DNA from: Parasitella parasitica NRRL 2501
Lineage: Eukaryota; Fungi; Mucoromycota
Direction: 5' to 3'
Assembly (NCBI GenBank): GCA_025201805.1
Contig: MU619246.1
Location: forward strand, 299,627 to 363,626
DNA length: 64,000 nucleotides
Shown here: positions 14,901 through 26,494 of the stretch, in pieces
How positions within the stretch are numbered: position 1 is the stretch's first letter
Layout of the letters: each line of letters begins with the position of its first letter
Translations under genes and position numbers: made by a program
Notes under the pieces: generated by a model
What the model was told of the DNA's origin: nothing
The model's database searches: none
The model's input: the letters and a program-made list of their open reading frames with translations, nothing else

Positions 14901-15590
14901 TCAAAGAGCAAAAGAACAAACAAAGGCTTTCATCCGGGGCTTCAGAGCTGTCATTTCAGAGAATTGGATTCGATTATTTTCACCTCCTGAGTTGCAACGA
15001 ATGTTGTCAGGAGAAGACATTGGTATAATTGCGTCGATCAATTAATTGTATTTGATGCTGACTACTGTGTATGATTGTTTTATAGATATCAATGACTTGA
15101 GAAAACATACACAATATGATAATGGTTATTTTGACCATCATCCGGTGATTATAATGCTCTGGCAAATTGTTGCTGAATTTAATTCAAAAGAAAAGAGAGC
15201 ATTCCTTAAATTTGTAACGGGTTGCGCCAAACCCCCATTAGGCGGATTTGAATATTTGCAGCCACCTTTCACAATAAGAATGACTTCTGTCGATTCAAAT
15301 AGCACAGAGGGCCCGAAATTACTCAAATCATTCTTGAAAATGAACTTGAATAACAAATCTGGGAGATTGCCATCTAGTTCAACATGGTGAGTTGGTCAAA
15401 GACGTCTCAATATATGCTAACATTATCATGCAGCTTTAATCTGTTAAAATTGCCAGCCTATGTCAAGAAATCTTTACTTAGAGAAAAGCTCATCTATGGT
15501 AATTTTAAAATTCAACATGCCAATGCAATCACATTAACTCGTATCCGAAAAATAGCCATAAATGCCAACAACGGGTTCGAATTAAGCTGA
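11971..15590 (+). CDS. HECT E3 ubiquitin ligase, UBE3B/UBE3C(Hul5)-like with N-terminal IQ motif
   Basis: MFSATDQSKEKFIENARLQREKR..AATTIQTWWRG; VSFVNEFGVSEAGVDQGGPFK; FLKFVTGCAKPPLGGF; catalytic RLPSSSTCFNLLKLP (Cys codon split by an intron); ends GFELS. Confidence 0.9.
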
Positions 15591-15639
15591 TAAATTATAT
15601 TAAAAGATATTTTCAAGTAAATTTGGAAATTGCTGTGCT

Positions 15640-16380
15640 TTATTCTCTTCTTAAGTTATCTAGTCTTGCTTGTAGAGCAGCATCATCAGTCGATAAGCCC
15701 TCAAATTGAGCGACTCTCTCAGATGCACCAGGTATGGTAGGCTCAGATTGTTTGATTTCGGTAGGCACGGCAGCCAAATCTTGATTGATACTAATCCCGA
15801 TTTCATCCAAAACTTTATTCATGATTTCATCGCTCTCTTCTTCGTCTTCGTCTTCCTCGAAAGCATCGTCAATAGCATCTCCCATCATTTCGTCCTTCAT
15901 ATCCATCATTTCACTCTCTTTCTCGAAATTCATCATGATACTTTGGATTTGAGGCAGATTCATTTGCCTGTTCATGGATCCCATTGCTTTTGTTGCACCT
16001 TTCATGGCTTCAGCCATTTGCTGACTGGAACGCAGGGTCTGAATACGTAAACCAACTGCTTGCAGTTGAGTTTTCATCTGATAGAACTTTTGTACATTTC
16101 GGCGCGTGCGAACCAAATCTTTAGCCATCACTTTACACGCTCCCATTTGATTGTTTTTGGCAGATTTTTTGATATCCAAAATAAGCTTTTTTTCTTGCCT
16201 TTCAAGCTTTTCTCTCTCTCTATCAAGTTCGCGCTGGGCTTTAGTAATAGCCCTTTGGTGCTGTCGAAGTAACTCGGCTGGTGTTTTTTTCTTACCGAAT
16301 AAAAATTCCTTTTTATCATCAACAGCAGCTCAAAGTTAATATTACTTTAGTATGGTGCCTATATCTGAATGCCGTACCAT
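15640..16380 (-). CDS. VPS2: ESCRT-III subunit Vps2/Did4 (CHMP2A)
   Basis: ATG-only first coding exon (16378-16380), intron 16309-16377, then EFLFGKKKTPAELLRQHQRA..KVMAKDLVRTR..; C-terminal MIM DAALQARLDNLRRE. Confidence 0.93.
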
Positions 16381-16799
16381 TTTATTTTACCAACGAAATG
16401 AAAGAGTAAGATGAGAGATACCTGATCACTGAGAAGATATCATGCTTTAAAACAGCGAACAAACGTTACACACATTTCAACAAACGAAGATACAGAACAT
16501 CAAACGAATATCTGCCAGAGAAACGCCCTGACCTTGATGCCGGTGATTAATAAATTCCAGTATATAATAATACCTTTAGTAAAATACATATACTTAGTAG
16601 TTTTGAGCTAAACCCATTAAATCAGAATATTTAACGTGGTCAACATACAGTAAATCGAGAGCTGTTTCTGAATGGCAGTTATAAAAAATGTAACCCTCAA
16701 CTATCATGACATCGTACATCAAATTGTCCAAATTTACTGCATTTTTTACAATTCTTTTTGAACTAATATATCAATTCCAATAAATGCAACTTACCTGCT

Positions 16800-17030
16800 G
16801 CTGATCCCGGCACAACCCTCATAGTGGGTCTCTTGCTTCTAGTAAGCGCCAATGCTGGGGAGGTGCTTCAAGCAACTGGATCTTTTTTATCTGCTCCTGA
16901 GGTCGCTGGATGCTCTCTCAAAACTTTTTAACTGCATGTAGCGATAGGATCAGCTGTTTTAATTCCTTTCCAGTTTGTGGCAGTTCAATATATTAGGAAA
17001 CGACACCATAGTTCCCGCACAAATAGTTTT
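16800..17030 (-). pseudogene. Degenerate coding fragment, probably from a repeat-borne gene family
   Basis: The minus strand reads NYGVVS*YIELPQTGKELKQLILSLHAVKKF*, which looks protein-like but is interrupted by stops. Confidence 0.25.
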
Positions 17031-17599
17031 CACATTTCAATTTCAATATAAATTATAAATGTTATTTGAGAACCAGTATATAGTAAGTGCGCATAAGTTC
17101 ATCATAGCTTTAAAGTGTACGGTAGATAATATGTAGAGTACCCACCAAAACACTCACTAAATAGATATAGGAATAAAAAATTGTGCTATTTGTTGTGCCA
17201 GTGTAAAGGGCGCAGCGAATTGTGTAAATGTTATATGAAAGAAGTAATAAAGACTTTTTTTTGATGAAAAGCAGATACAAAACTGAAGGCTTTTATTGAC
17301 ATAAGATATGATCTCTATTTATGCTAAAATATATCCTAACTAATATTTACCCACATAACATCTTATGTATGATAGGAAGTGCCAAACGTTATTAAATCAC
17401 AGCATTTCCAGGAGAGACCTATTCCTCTATTTTACATTAACGAGAAGATTCTTCCAGACACATCCCGCGATCTGATCTTGATGTAATCTTTGAATAAGCC
17501 TAGAAGTATGCAAGAGGTTCAATTACAATTTGTAGCTTATTCCTTATTTGTAAAAGAATTATCAACAATTAAATTATGATCTATCCATTATTATTATTA

Positions 17600-18195
17600 A
17601 GTTAGATACACGACATTTGTAGCCTTTATATGCATACAACAATATGGTTTTTCAACAAAGCAAATGATCCGGCGATTTTTGAAAGTGAAGGCAGCTTATA
17701 ACGTTGCGGTTATGCAAGAAAAGGACACGAAACAATTTTTCATCGAAGAAGAAGATGTAAAATTTTTGCAAGCTCTTGATGAGCTTTTATTATTTTTTAT
17801 TTTGTTTGTTTATATTGTATAAAGTTTCAATTGTTTGTGGTGTTTTAAAGTTTGTTGATGCACCTGTATCATTTTGATCAGATACAGTGTACCGTGATCA
17901 CCAAGATCAATGCGAGACTTACCAAGAATTGTTCGAGTTATCTAGAGATATATGCGAGACGTTTCGAGATTTATTCGAGATATGCAAATTACGAGACAGA
18001 TGCCGAGATTCATCGAGATCGTACCGAAATTCATCGAGACTTCACCGAGACTTATCGAGCCAAGCCCCACCTCCAAGCGAGCCTGATCGAGACGTCTCGA
18101 ATCTCGACTCGATAAAATCTCGGCTCAATGTAATCTCGACTCGGTTGAGTCTCGCTCGAATAATCTCGACTCGACTTGGCTTGATGCCATACCTA
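17600..18195 (+). mobile_element. hAT-superfamily DNA transposon remnant (transposase fragment plus right end)
   Basis: ~17635-17790 reads TIWF/STKQMIRRFLKVKAAYNVA...IEEEDVKFLQALDELL with one frameshift, resembling the hAT TRWNSTxxMLxRFL segment. CGAGA/CTCGA subterminal array 17910-18175. Terminus TGCCATACCTA at 18185-18195 (reverse complement TAGGTATGGCA, hAT-type TIR). Confidence 0.65.
17910..18178. repeat. CGAGA/TCTCGA short-motif array (subterminal repeats)
   Basis: Many CGAGA/CGAG units followed by inverted CTCG(A) units, CpG-rich against an AT-rich background. Confidence 0.85.
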
Positions 18196-18249
18196 GTTTG
18201 ATCTAGCGTCTTGTAGTGTAGGGGGTCTTGTCAGACAAGTGCCAAGCCT

Positions 18250-20278
18250 GATTTCTCTGTGTCTAGTTGCGCAGCAGAACATTTAGTCATACTTGTGCTA
18301 TTTTTTCCATAAACTTGAATTGTTCAAAAGTGTGCTTGTCTTTGCAAAGCCAGGGATATAGATTTGAAGTGCTTGATTTTTTTATTTTGTTTTTTTTGGT
18401 CTACGCAAACTTCAGTGTGTTATTGTCAGAAAAAAGATGAAAACTGTAAAAAACAAAACAATGTTTAGCAATCTCAAACACAAAAACGAGCAATGCAAAG
18501 TAATGCATTGGACTATAAGGCACCTTTTGATTATATTGCATAGGTTAGAGCAAGTTTTTGTACTTTTTAGTTTGACATCAGATAAAGGTAAAAGTATTTT
18601 TCAAAATTGGAGCGTGAGATCGTCAGGCCAGTTGCAAACATGCAATTACTACCATTAGAAAGCCAAGAGGCACACCATTTAATTAAAGTAAATTTTAATT
18701 GTTTTTCTCTTGAATTGAGTAAGCTATGGCTTCTCAAAGCTAATGCTTTTTTCAAAAAAACTACCATTTTTCTTTGATAGCGGAGATTAAATGCGTCCAA
18801 AACCAGGAAGAAAACATTCTTTCAAAAACTCCATTTGGACAATTAGAAAACAAAATTACTTCTTTCAGGCAAAATATCATCTTCAGATACTATGCATACC
18901 ACGGCTGTCAGTCTATGATAATAGCTGTATTTTTGGGCGCTCTACACGATGGTCTTATTTTCATAATCCCCGTATGCTTGTGGAAGGAAATCTGCCTAAA
19001 AACTTCAAAAACAGATTAAGAGAGAAAAGTCAATATTTTGCTTAATCAGAGCGCATTTCCAATCTTTCAGATCAAGGAATGGTCTTTTACGATCATTTTC
19101 CTCCAATATATGCTATAGTAAAAAGTTGCATTTTTGGGGTCAAAATTGAGGATAATGCATAATCGTTGATTTTGTATGCGTGGATACAAGGAAAAAATTG
19201 AAAAAATCCGTCATTTTGCATCGAAAAAAAAATCATGCTCAAACTGCACCAAAATTATATATAATATAGTTTTTCCCAATGGATACTATTTCTGGCGTTT
19301 TCAGGGCACTTTTGATTATGAAAATCAATCAAAAAATGGCACACGAAGCTAAAGTTTTTGCTTGTAAGCTGTAAAAAATATCTATCTGGAGATGAATTCA
19401 ATTCTAGTACTTGACACAACTCTATAAAGTACATTTTATTCATAGTAATATTATCAAGTAGGTGTGGCCCATCGAGTTGGGAACAGAAGAGCATAATAAA
19501 TGAATACTTTGTCACAATAACCCCTTGTTATTTGTGAATAATTCATAAGTTGCTGATTGCTAGTGACAGGGAAGCCCTATTACCATTGTTGTTTATAATA
19601 ATGCTTATTTAATGCTAAACATGTAAAATAGAAAGTAAAATAGAGGTTAGGATCGAGGTTGAGGGTAATTTTACTAACAAAAGTTAAGCTTTATAATAAG
19701 CTTCTGGTAGATTCCAGGTTCCAGGCACTGTACTATAGAGTATCAAATTCTGAATAGGGGATAACTCGCTATACCAAACATATTTTTGCACACCAACCCG
19801 TCCGTTATAACTAGTCCCAACTTTATATTCTTTGCTTGATATTGGATATGATAAGTTAACTCAACAGATGTAACATAAAATGATAATGCGAAGTTATAAC
19901 AATAGAGATTTTCATTTGCTTGAATATGCTATGATTTTTGAAAAGTTTAATCTTAAATTCAGGGATAAACCCGCCATTGTGTAAATACATAATTAGACGG
20001 ATACGTACAAATTAATGCCCTACTAAAAATATATGCGCTTTGATAGTTTGATAGTTTGACACTTTGATACTTTGATGGTTTTGCAATTTAGTTTAAACAC
20101 CTTTGCAGACCTATAGACTTGTCTAAATATTTGAGCTTATTTAGATGTCTATTGTCTAACGAATATATCCGAAATAATTTAACATTTAAATGTTACGAAA
20201 TCCAAACAATTTTGTATTGTGGCCCGTTGGTGATTGTTCAGTTTCAGGTTCTGCAGTACATGTCGATAGTGTTGGTAA
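18250..20278 (+). repeat. ~2.0-kb dispersed repeat, copy 1 (probable non-autonomous transposon)
   Basis: Colinear with 60977-63042 from gatt(t)ctct..agttgcgcag to tgtggcccgtt..gtacatg; no long ORF. Confidence 0.9.
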
Positions 20279-20747
20279 AGAATTTTCATTATATTGAAAA
20301 ATAGGGTAATAACAAGCCCAAATAGTTATTCATTTGAAAATATCTATCGCTCCTGCACAATAGCTATTTGATCATAAATAAAAAATTAGGGTCGCAATTT
20401 TGCATATCATTATAAGATGTTCTCTATTAGGCTTTTTAACATATTAACATATCATTAACATATGTTTATTTAACATACATGATTTCGCATTCAAAAAAAT
20501 GAATATCAATAGTTTTTGGTTGAAAAAGAAGAAAGTCTAAACTAAAAATGATGATGATTTAAAACATAGCTAATTGATCAGTAAAATACAGTGGGGGAAT
20601 GCAGCCAGAAAATAGCTCTAGAAAATTGCCATGGTTGGGTTGAACATAGCAGTATCTTCACAAACACTGTGACATTTATCAATGACTTGAAAAAGACTGT
20701 AAACTGACTTGACTTTTACCTCTCTTCTCTGACTTCAATTTCATAGC

Positions 20748-21610
20748 ATGAACTGTCATTGCAACACCTGTAACCTTAGTTTTGGAAGCAATAAAAGCTT
20801 AGTTAATCACAGGTACAATGCTCACATTGACTTGGTGACAGTGACCCTAGGTGATGGTAAGTGAAGAGCTTTTTATTTTTCACGTAACCTTTTCATTGAA
20901 AAAAAAAAAAAAAAAAATAGAGACAGTTTCGATTAGCAGAGTTGATGGAAAGTTTACTTGTCCCAAATGCTCCAGGAAACTTATTTGCCCCACTACACTG
21001 AAACGCCACCTTGGCAAGATGCACGATGGACAATACACGACTTCTTCCATAAGAAAAGAACGATTGTATTCTGAAATGGATAATAACGACAGCAACACTG
21101 TCAATGCTGGTGATAATAACAACAGCAACGATAATTCCCAGTCTATAATCTTAAGCCAACATCAGATGCAAGCCTCTCACTTGAACATTGATGAATGCGG
21201 TTCAAGCTCTTCATCAAAAACAAAATCATTTGTGTGTGACAAGAACACTTCAATATTGTTGGCATCGAGCGCTCTATCACTCCCGAATTCTGAGCAAGAA
21301 AAGCGCATCATGTTGGCCAACATTGGAAATTGGGAAGCAATTATGTTGTCGTCACTAAACGTGAAAACTTATCATCTCCTCACCTCTCTAGAAAACATAC
21401 AAGACGTTCTAGTAGATCAGCCTGTTGGGCAGTGGACGCTTCCAACAATGAATAAAAGTACAACAGGGGAAGGCACAGCTATAAATAGAAATCACTTGCT
21501 CCAGCATTTCATGTCCACCAGCCCTTTCTACAAATGCATATCGAGTCATGAATATGTCGAACTTTCAAAAACAGTATGTGAAAGTATCAACAGAGACTGG
21601 CTGGTTTTCC
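20748..21610 (+). CDS. Two-finger C2H2 zinc-finger protein, copy A (3' end lost in gap)
   Basis: Exon 1 20748-20856 MNCHCNTCNLSFGSNKSLVNHRYNAH; intron 20857-20920; exon 2 FTCPKCSRKLICPTTLKRHLGKMH, open into the gap. Confidence 0.75.
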
Positions 21611-21985
21611 NNNNNNNNNNNNNNNNNNNNNNNNNNNNNNNNNNNNNNNNNNNNNNNNNNNNNNNNNNNNNNNNNNNNNNNNNNNNNNNNNNNNNNNNNN
21701 NNNNNNNNNNNNNNNNNNNNNNNNNNNNNNNNNNNNNNNNNNNNNNNNNNNNNNNNNNNNNNNNNNNNNNNNNNNNNNNNNNNNNNNNNNNNNNNNNNNN
21801 NNNNNNNNNNNNNNNNNNNNNNNNNNNNNNNNNNNNNNNNNNNNNNNNNNNNNNNNNNNNNNNNNNNNNNNNNNNNNNNNNNNNNNNNNNNNNNNNNNNN
21901 NNNNNNNNNNNNNNNNNNNNNNNNNNNNNNNNNNNNNNNNNNNNNNNNNNNNNNNNNNNNNNNNNNNNNNNNNNNNNNNNNNNNN
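21611..21985. other. Assembly gap (375 N)
   Basis: Run of N. Confidence 1.
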
Positions 21986-22848
21986 GGAAAACCAGCCAGT
22001 CTCTGTTGATACTTTCACATACTGTTTTTGAAAGTTCGACATATTCATGACTCGATATGCATTTGTAGAAAGGGCTGGTGGACATGAAATGCTGGAGCAA
22101 GTGATTTCTATTTATAGCTGTGCCTTCCCCTGTTGTACTTTTATTCATTGTTGGAAGCGTCCACTGCCCAACAGGCTGATCTACTAGAACGTCTTGTATG
22201 TTTTCTAGAGAGGTGAGGAGATGATAAGTTTTCACGTTTAGTGACGACAACATAATTGCTTCCCAATTTCCAATGTTGGCCAACATGATGCGCTTTTCTT
22301 GCTCAGAATTCGGGAGTGATAGAGCGCTCGATGCCAACAATATTGAAGTGTTCTTGTCACACACAAATGATTTTGTTTTTGATGAAGAGCTTGAACCGCA
22401 TTCATCAATGTTCAAGTGAGAGGCTTGCATCTGATGTTGGCTTAAGATTATAGACTGGGAATTATCGTTGCTGTTGTTATTATCACCAGCATTGACAGTG
22501 TTGCTGTCGTTATTATCCATTTCAGAATACAATCGTTCTTTTCTTATGGAAGAAGTCGTGTATTGTCCATCGTGCATCTTGCCAAGGTGGCGTTTCAGTG
22601 TAGTGGGGCAAATAAGTTTCCTGGAGCATTTGGGACAAGTAAACTTTCCATCAACTCTGCTAATCGAAACTGTCTCTATTTTTTTTTTTTTTTTTTTCAA
22701 TGAAAAGGTTACGTGAAAAATAAAAAGCTCTTCACTTACCATCACCTAGGGTCACTGTCACCAAGTCAATGTGAGCATTGTACCTGTGATTAACTAAGCT
22801 TTTATTGCTTCCAAAACTAAGGTTACAAGTGTTGCAATGACAGTTCAT
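21986..22848 (-). CDS. Two-finger C2H2 zinc-finger protein, copy B (inverted duplicate; 3' end in gap)
   Basis: Reverse complement of copy A; ATG at 22848; the single coding difference is synonymous (ACC vs ACT, Thr). Confidence 0.6.
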
Positions 22849-23199
22849 GCTATGAAATTGAAGTCAGAGAAGAAAAGTCAAGTCAGAGGTAAAAGTCAAG
22901 TCAAATGAGAATGCTTAGAACACTAGACCTCGAGTTTTATTTTCTTGTCGATGCTTTTTTTGAACGCTTCTTGCAACAATAGCATGTTTTTATAGAGACT
23001 CTATAGGGCTCTCTGACTTGAAGCAAATGCAATCTTTACGGTAGCTCTTACGATAGTGCTAGTCCCTTATTCAGCCTTGTTTTGAAGAAGAGTTTACGAT
23101 GGTAGCCCTAAAGCTCAGGTTCGAGATGCAGTTGCTTCACATAATAAAAAATTTAAAAGAAACCAATCTTAAACCTTCCTCTAAGATGAATGCAATAAC

Positions 23200-23700
23200 C
23201 TTTCATTTAAACCCTCGTCAACGTGGTATGTCGATTCAATGAAGCTTAGAAATCCGCAGTGATATTTTTCAAAAAGGATAAACGTAAAACGAAAGCATCC
23301 TCCAAGTCAAACCTAGAATAGCCTTAGAGGCACTGTCACTGGTTATTATCTACATTTTATTCAGAAAACTATGAACAAAATAGATTTCGTTCCTAAAATA
23401 AAAAATACTATGCAGTAATGGACAACACACCGATCTACCGAATACTACCGATACAGTTGACGCTGTGATTACAGAAAGATGATATAAATGCGTTTGTCTC
23501 CCGCCTTACTCTACTGAGCTCAATCCTATTGAGCAATTTTTAGCTATAAGCTAAAGATAAGGTCCAACATAGTCAGTTTCAGGATAAGGAGGACTTGGCG
23601 ACCAGAATAGCAGAGACCTGTAATGCCGCTCCCCGCAAGCATTTTAAGGCAATTGTATAGCGTTCAGTAAATGCATTTTAAAAAGTGCTTAGGGGCAATC
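23200..23700 (+). pseudogene. Tc1/mariner-IS630 (DDE_3) transposase remnant
   Basis: GTVTGYYLHFI; YAVMDNTPIY (~23410); YKCVCLPPYSTELNPIEQF (~23485-23540); EDLATRIAETCNA, all with stops and frameshifts. Confidence 0.85.
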
Positions 23701-25004
23701 CTTTTCAATAGACTACTCTGCAACCATTGACAAAAAAAAGCCACTCATTGTAATGTAGAAACCGCCCTTTTGGTATTACTTTTATAGTATATTCGACACT
23801 CTTTTCTAGAAACACATGAGAAATGCAGCACTTTTAAGTTTTGTTCCTGCGACATCATTTTGTCTAATGCTGCAAGAGCAGGTCAACTCCGCTATGAAAG
23901 CATGTCAACACTGTACAATCTATTTCAAATTGGTAAGAATTAATTGCAAGAAGATGGGAACATAAGACGTGGTGGGTGAGAATAGTTAAAGGATGGAGCG
24001 CCTAAATCTATACAAACGAAAACCTGTATAAGTGAAAATATGTGCAATGGGATAATGTGCATTGATTAGAAAAGTGGATTTTGTGTACCTCACTGCTAAA
24101 CATTTAAAAGGGTAAAGGCAAGTGGAAAACAGTACACTTGTAAAGCAATGGAATTAATTGCGTTCACTTACATCCAATCTATTTCTGCCATGATCGCTTT
24201 AAAATGTTAAAAGTGAAAGCATCAGCATTGTATGACACTGCAATCCCGCAAGCAATCTCCAAATGAAAGTTGAGATTATTGAAAATTCAAATGTGGAACA
24301 TGAAAAATTAAAGTATGGTGTGCATTGGTGTGCGTCTGCATAAGTTCTTGTGATAATTAACTATGCTGGATGTTGCAATGACTAGGTAAATCGTTTCAAT
24401 GTATGGTTCGGAATCATCATACAACACCATTTATTGATGCTTGTTAAATTCGATTACTATAGCCAAACATTTTGATTTCATGATCTGTGCCTACAGCTGA
24501 AGATGAAGACCTTGATGAGCATATCACGGTCCTCTTCTAAACCAGAAAGACAGTAAAAGTATGCAAGGGAAAAGGTTTATTAATATAACTTTACGGATGA
24601 TGCAATACGGTCGTTTGTGATTATTATAAGGGGAGAATTGTTTGAAGTAAAGTTTGGTTTCTCAAAAGTGTTTGCAATTCTATTGTTGAGCATTTTAATC
24701 AACACTGAAATTTGTGGCCAACCCTATTTGCAAATATCCCCATTCACCACTCTGATGTTCTCGTTTTCTTGAAATCAATTCTCAACAATTGGAATTGACT
24801 GTACGAGCCACATGAATATCAATCAATAAGATATGCCAAGAATGGCTTTGTGATTTTAAAGCTGTCACCCTTCAGTTTCCTAACATAAATAGCCTGCTTT
24901 GTAGGTTTCAAACATTTGCTTTTCTTTCCTCGTTGATTTGTACCATACTTTTCATTCCACAAAAATAGTTGTTGATAAACTGAAAAAAAATCACACAATC
25001 CGAC

Positions 25005-26286
25005 ATGGAAATAATCAGTGTCAAACCAGAAACAAACGCAAGTATACCACCGGCCAGGCGTCCCAGAGGAAGACCTCGCAAGATTGCACCAACGCCAGCG
25101 CCAGCGCCAGTTACGACATTAGCACCTGCGGCATCAGCAGCAACCTTACCCATAACAGTCCTCGCACCCAAGAGAAAAGTTGAAGAGCCTGAGGAAGCTG
25201 TTCCTTTGAAAAAAGCCAAGAAATCAGCTACACCCAAGAGAGAGCGTGTGGTGAAGAAAGAGTCTGGAGCCAAGAAGGCGTCGACAGCAAAACCAAAGGT
25301 CAAGAAAGCATCCACAGCAAAGCCAAAGGTTAAAAAAGAGCCAAAGGCAAAAAAAAACAAAGTTGTTCATAAGCTTCCACCTGAAGCCAGTATTTACTTG
25401 AGCGATGTAAGTTACACAACTTGTTCTTTTAGCTGTTGTAGATTGATAGGGTAAATGTTTTTTCATGTTGATAGGGTATGCGTGGTAGAGTTTTAAGAGC
25501 CATGAAGCAAAAAATGTTTGTTTTATCAAGAGAACTTTCCCCACAAGACGATACTGCGGAGAACTTTGAAGTCCTTGGAAGTATTGGCAATGTAAGCGAA
25601 TGAGATCATCTGTTGAAAACGGAAAACTGACCAAAAGCATTGTATAGTCCTACACTGTTACTATGGGTAGCTCAATTACTTGCACATGTATGGACTATCG
25701 CATTAGACATACCCACTGCAAACATATCCTGATGGTTCTGCTCAAAGTGTATCGTCTGTGCCTTGATAGCCCTATGTTTCAAAAGTTGAGTACTTCCAGA
25801 GACGAGAGGATGCGTGCAAAAAGCAGTAGCCGTATTGTTGATCCCTCTGTCTTGGTCCCAGCCAAGATCCGTGAAAAGATTCTTAGGCTTTCTCGTGATG
25901 GTCAAGAACAAGAGGAATCTGAAGCACAGATCGAACGTCGTTCTTTGGATACTTCAGATTGCCCTATCTGCTTTGAGGAATTTGAGCAAGCTAAGATTGA
26001 TTCAATTGACTATTGCAAGGTTTGTGGCAACAACATCCATCAAGAGTGCTTCAACATGTGGAAAACATCCAAGGGTAGGGATGTCACATGTGTTTACTGT
26101 CGCAGTAAATGGGTATTCCCTCATGCTCAAACCAAATCAACCACCAAGTCTGTGTTCTCTCTTGATTCTCAGCACCGCTTTGAAGGTAGACCCAACTTTG
26201 CCTTGGAGCTGGGTCTTGAAAGAAAGCGAGATACCTCCACATACAAAACCTACCGTGGTTACGCCTTTGAAAATGGAGATGATTAG
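25005..26286 (+). CDS. AT-hook + SWIM zinc finger + RING-finger protein (ZSWIM2/MEKK1-type SWIM-RING module)
   Basis: RRPRGRPRK AT-hook; Lys-rich linker; FEVLGSIGNVYTV..CTCMDY..CKHILMVLLKV (SWIM); CPICFEEF..CKVCGNNIHQECF..CVYCRSKW (RING). Two introns. Confidence 0.85.
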
Positions 26287-26494
26287 GTAGTTTTAATATT
26301 CATTGACAATCATATTAGTGTCAGTACAAGTATCACATTCTCTCCTATTGCCATTATGAAAATACTTGCTCGAATAAAAAATGAAAAAAAAGGAATACTT
26401 GGTTGAAAAGGAACTAGTGCTAAGATTGAATTTTTATTGATTTACACATGATTGAGTGTTTAATATGTACAGAAAAGGTGATGTTGAAGGAAAA

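Larger units (their letters stand above)
20705..22903. repeat. Long inverted repeat (arms 20705-21610 and 21986-22903) around a 375-N gap
   Basis: Arms are reverse complements except one substitution (20768/22828) and a 12-bp indel near the outer end. Confidence 0.9.

Noticed and set aside
17910-18178. CRISPR-like appearance of the short repeat arrays (also 60700-60965)
   Set aside because: Units are 5-9 bp without unique spacers, the context is eukaryotic, and there are no cas genes.
17852-18201. R/D/E-rich ORFs
   Set aside because: Translation of the CGAGA subterminal repeat array.
19450-19500. LFPTRWAT on the minus strand of the 2-kb repeat, resembling a hAT TRW motif
   Set aside because: No supporting flanking similarity in either copy; probably chance.
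20851-22745. Two 399-aa ORFs and 153-aa ORFs spanning the gap
   Set aside because: They read through N and through an intron; the real structure is a spliced gene starting at 20748/22848.
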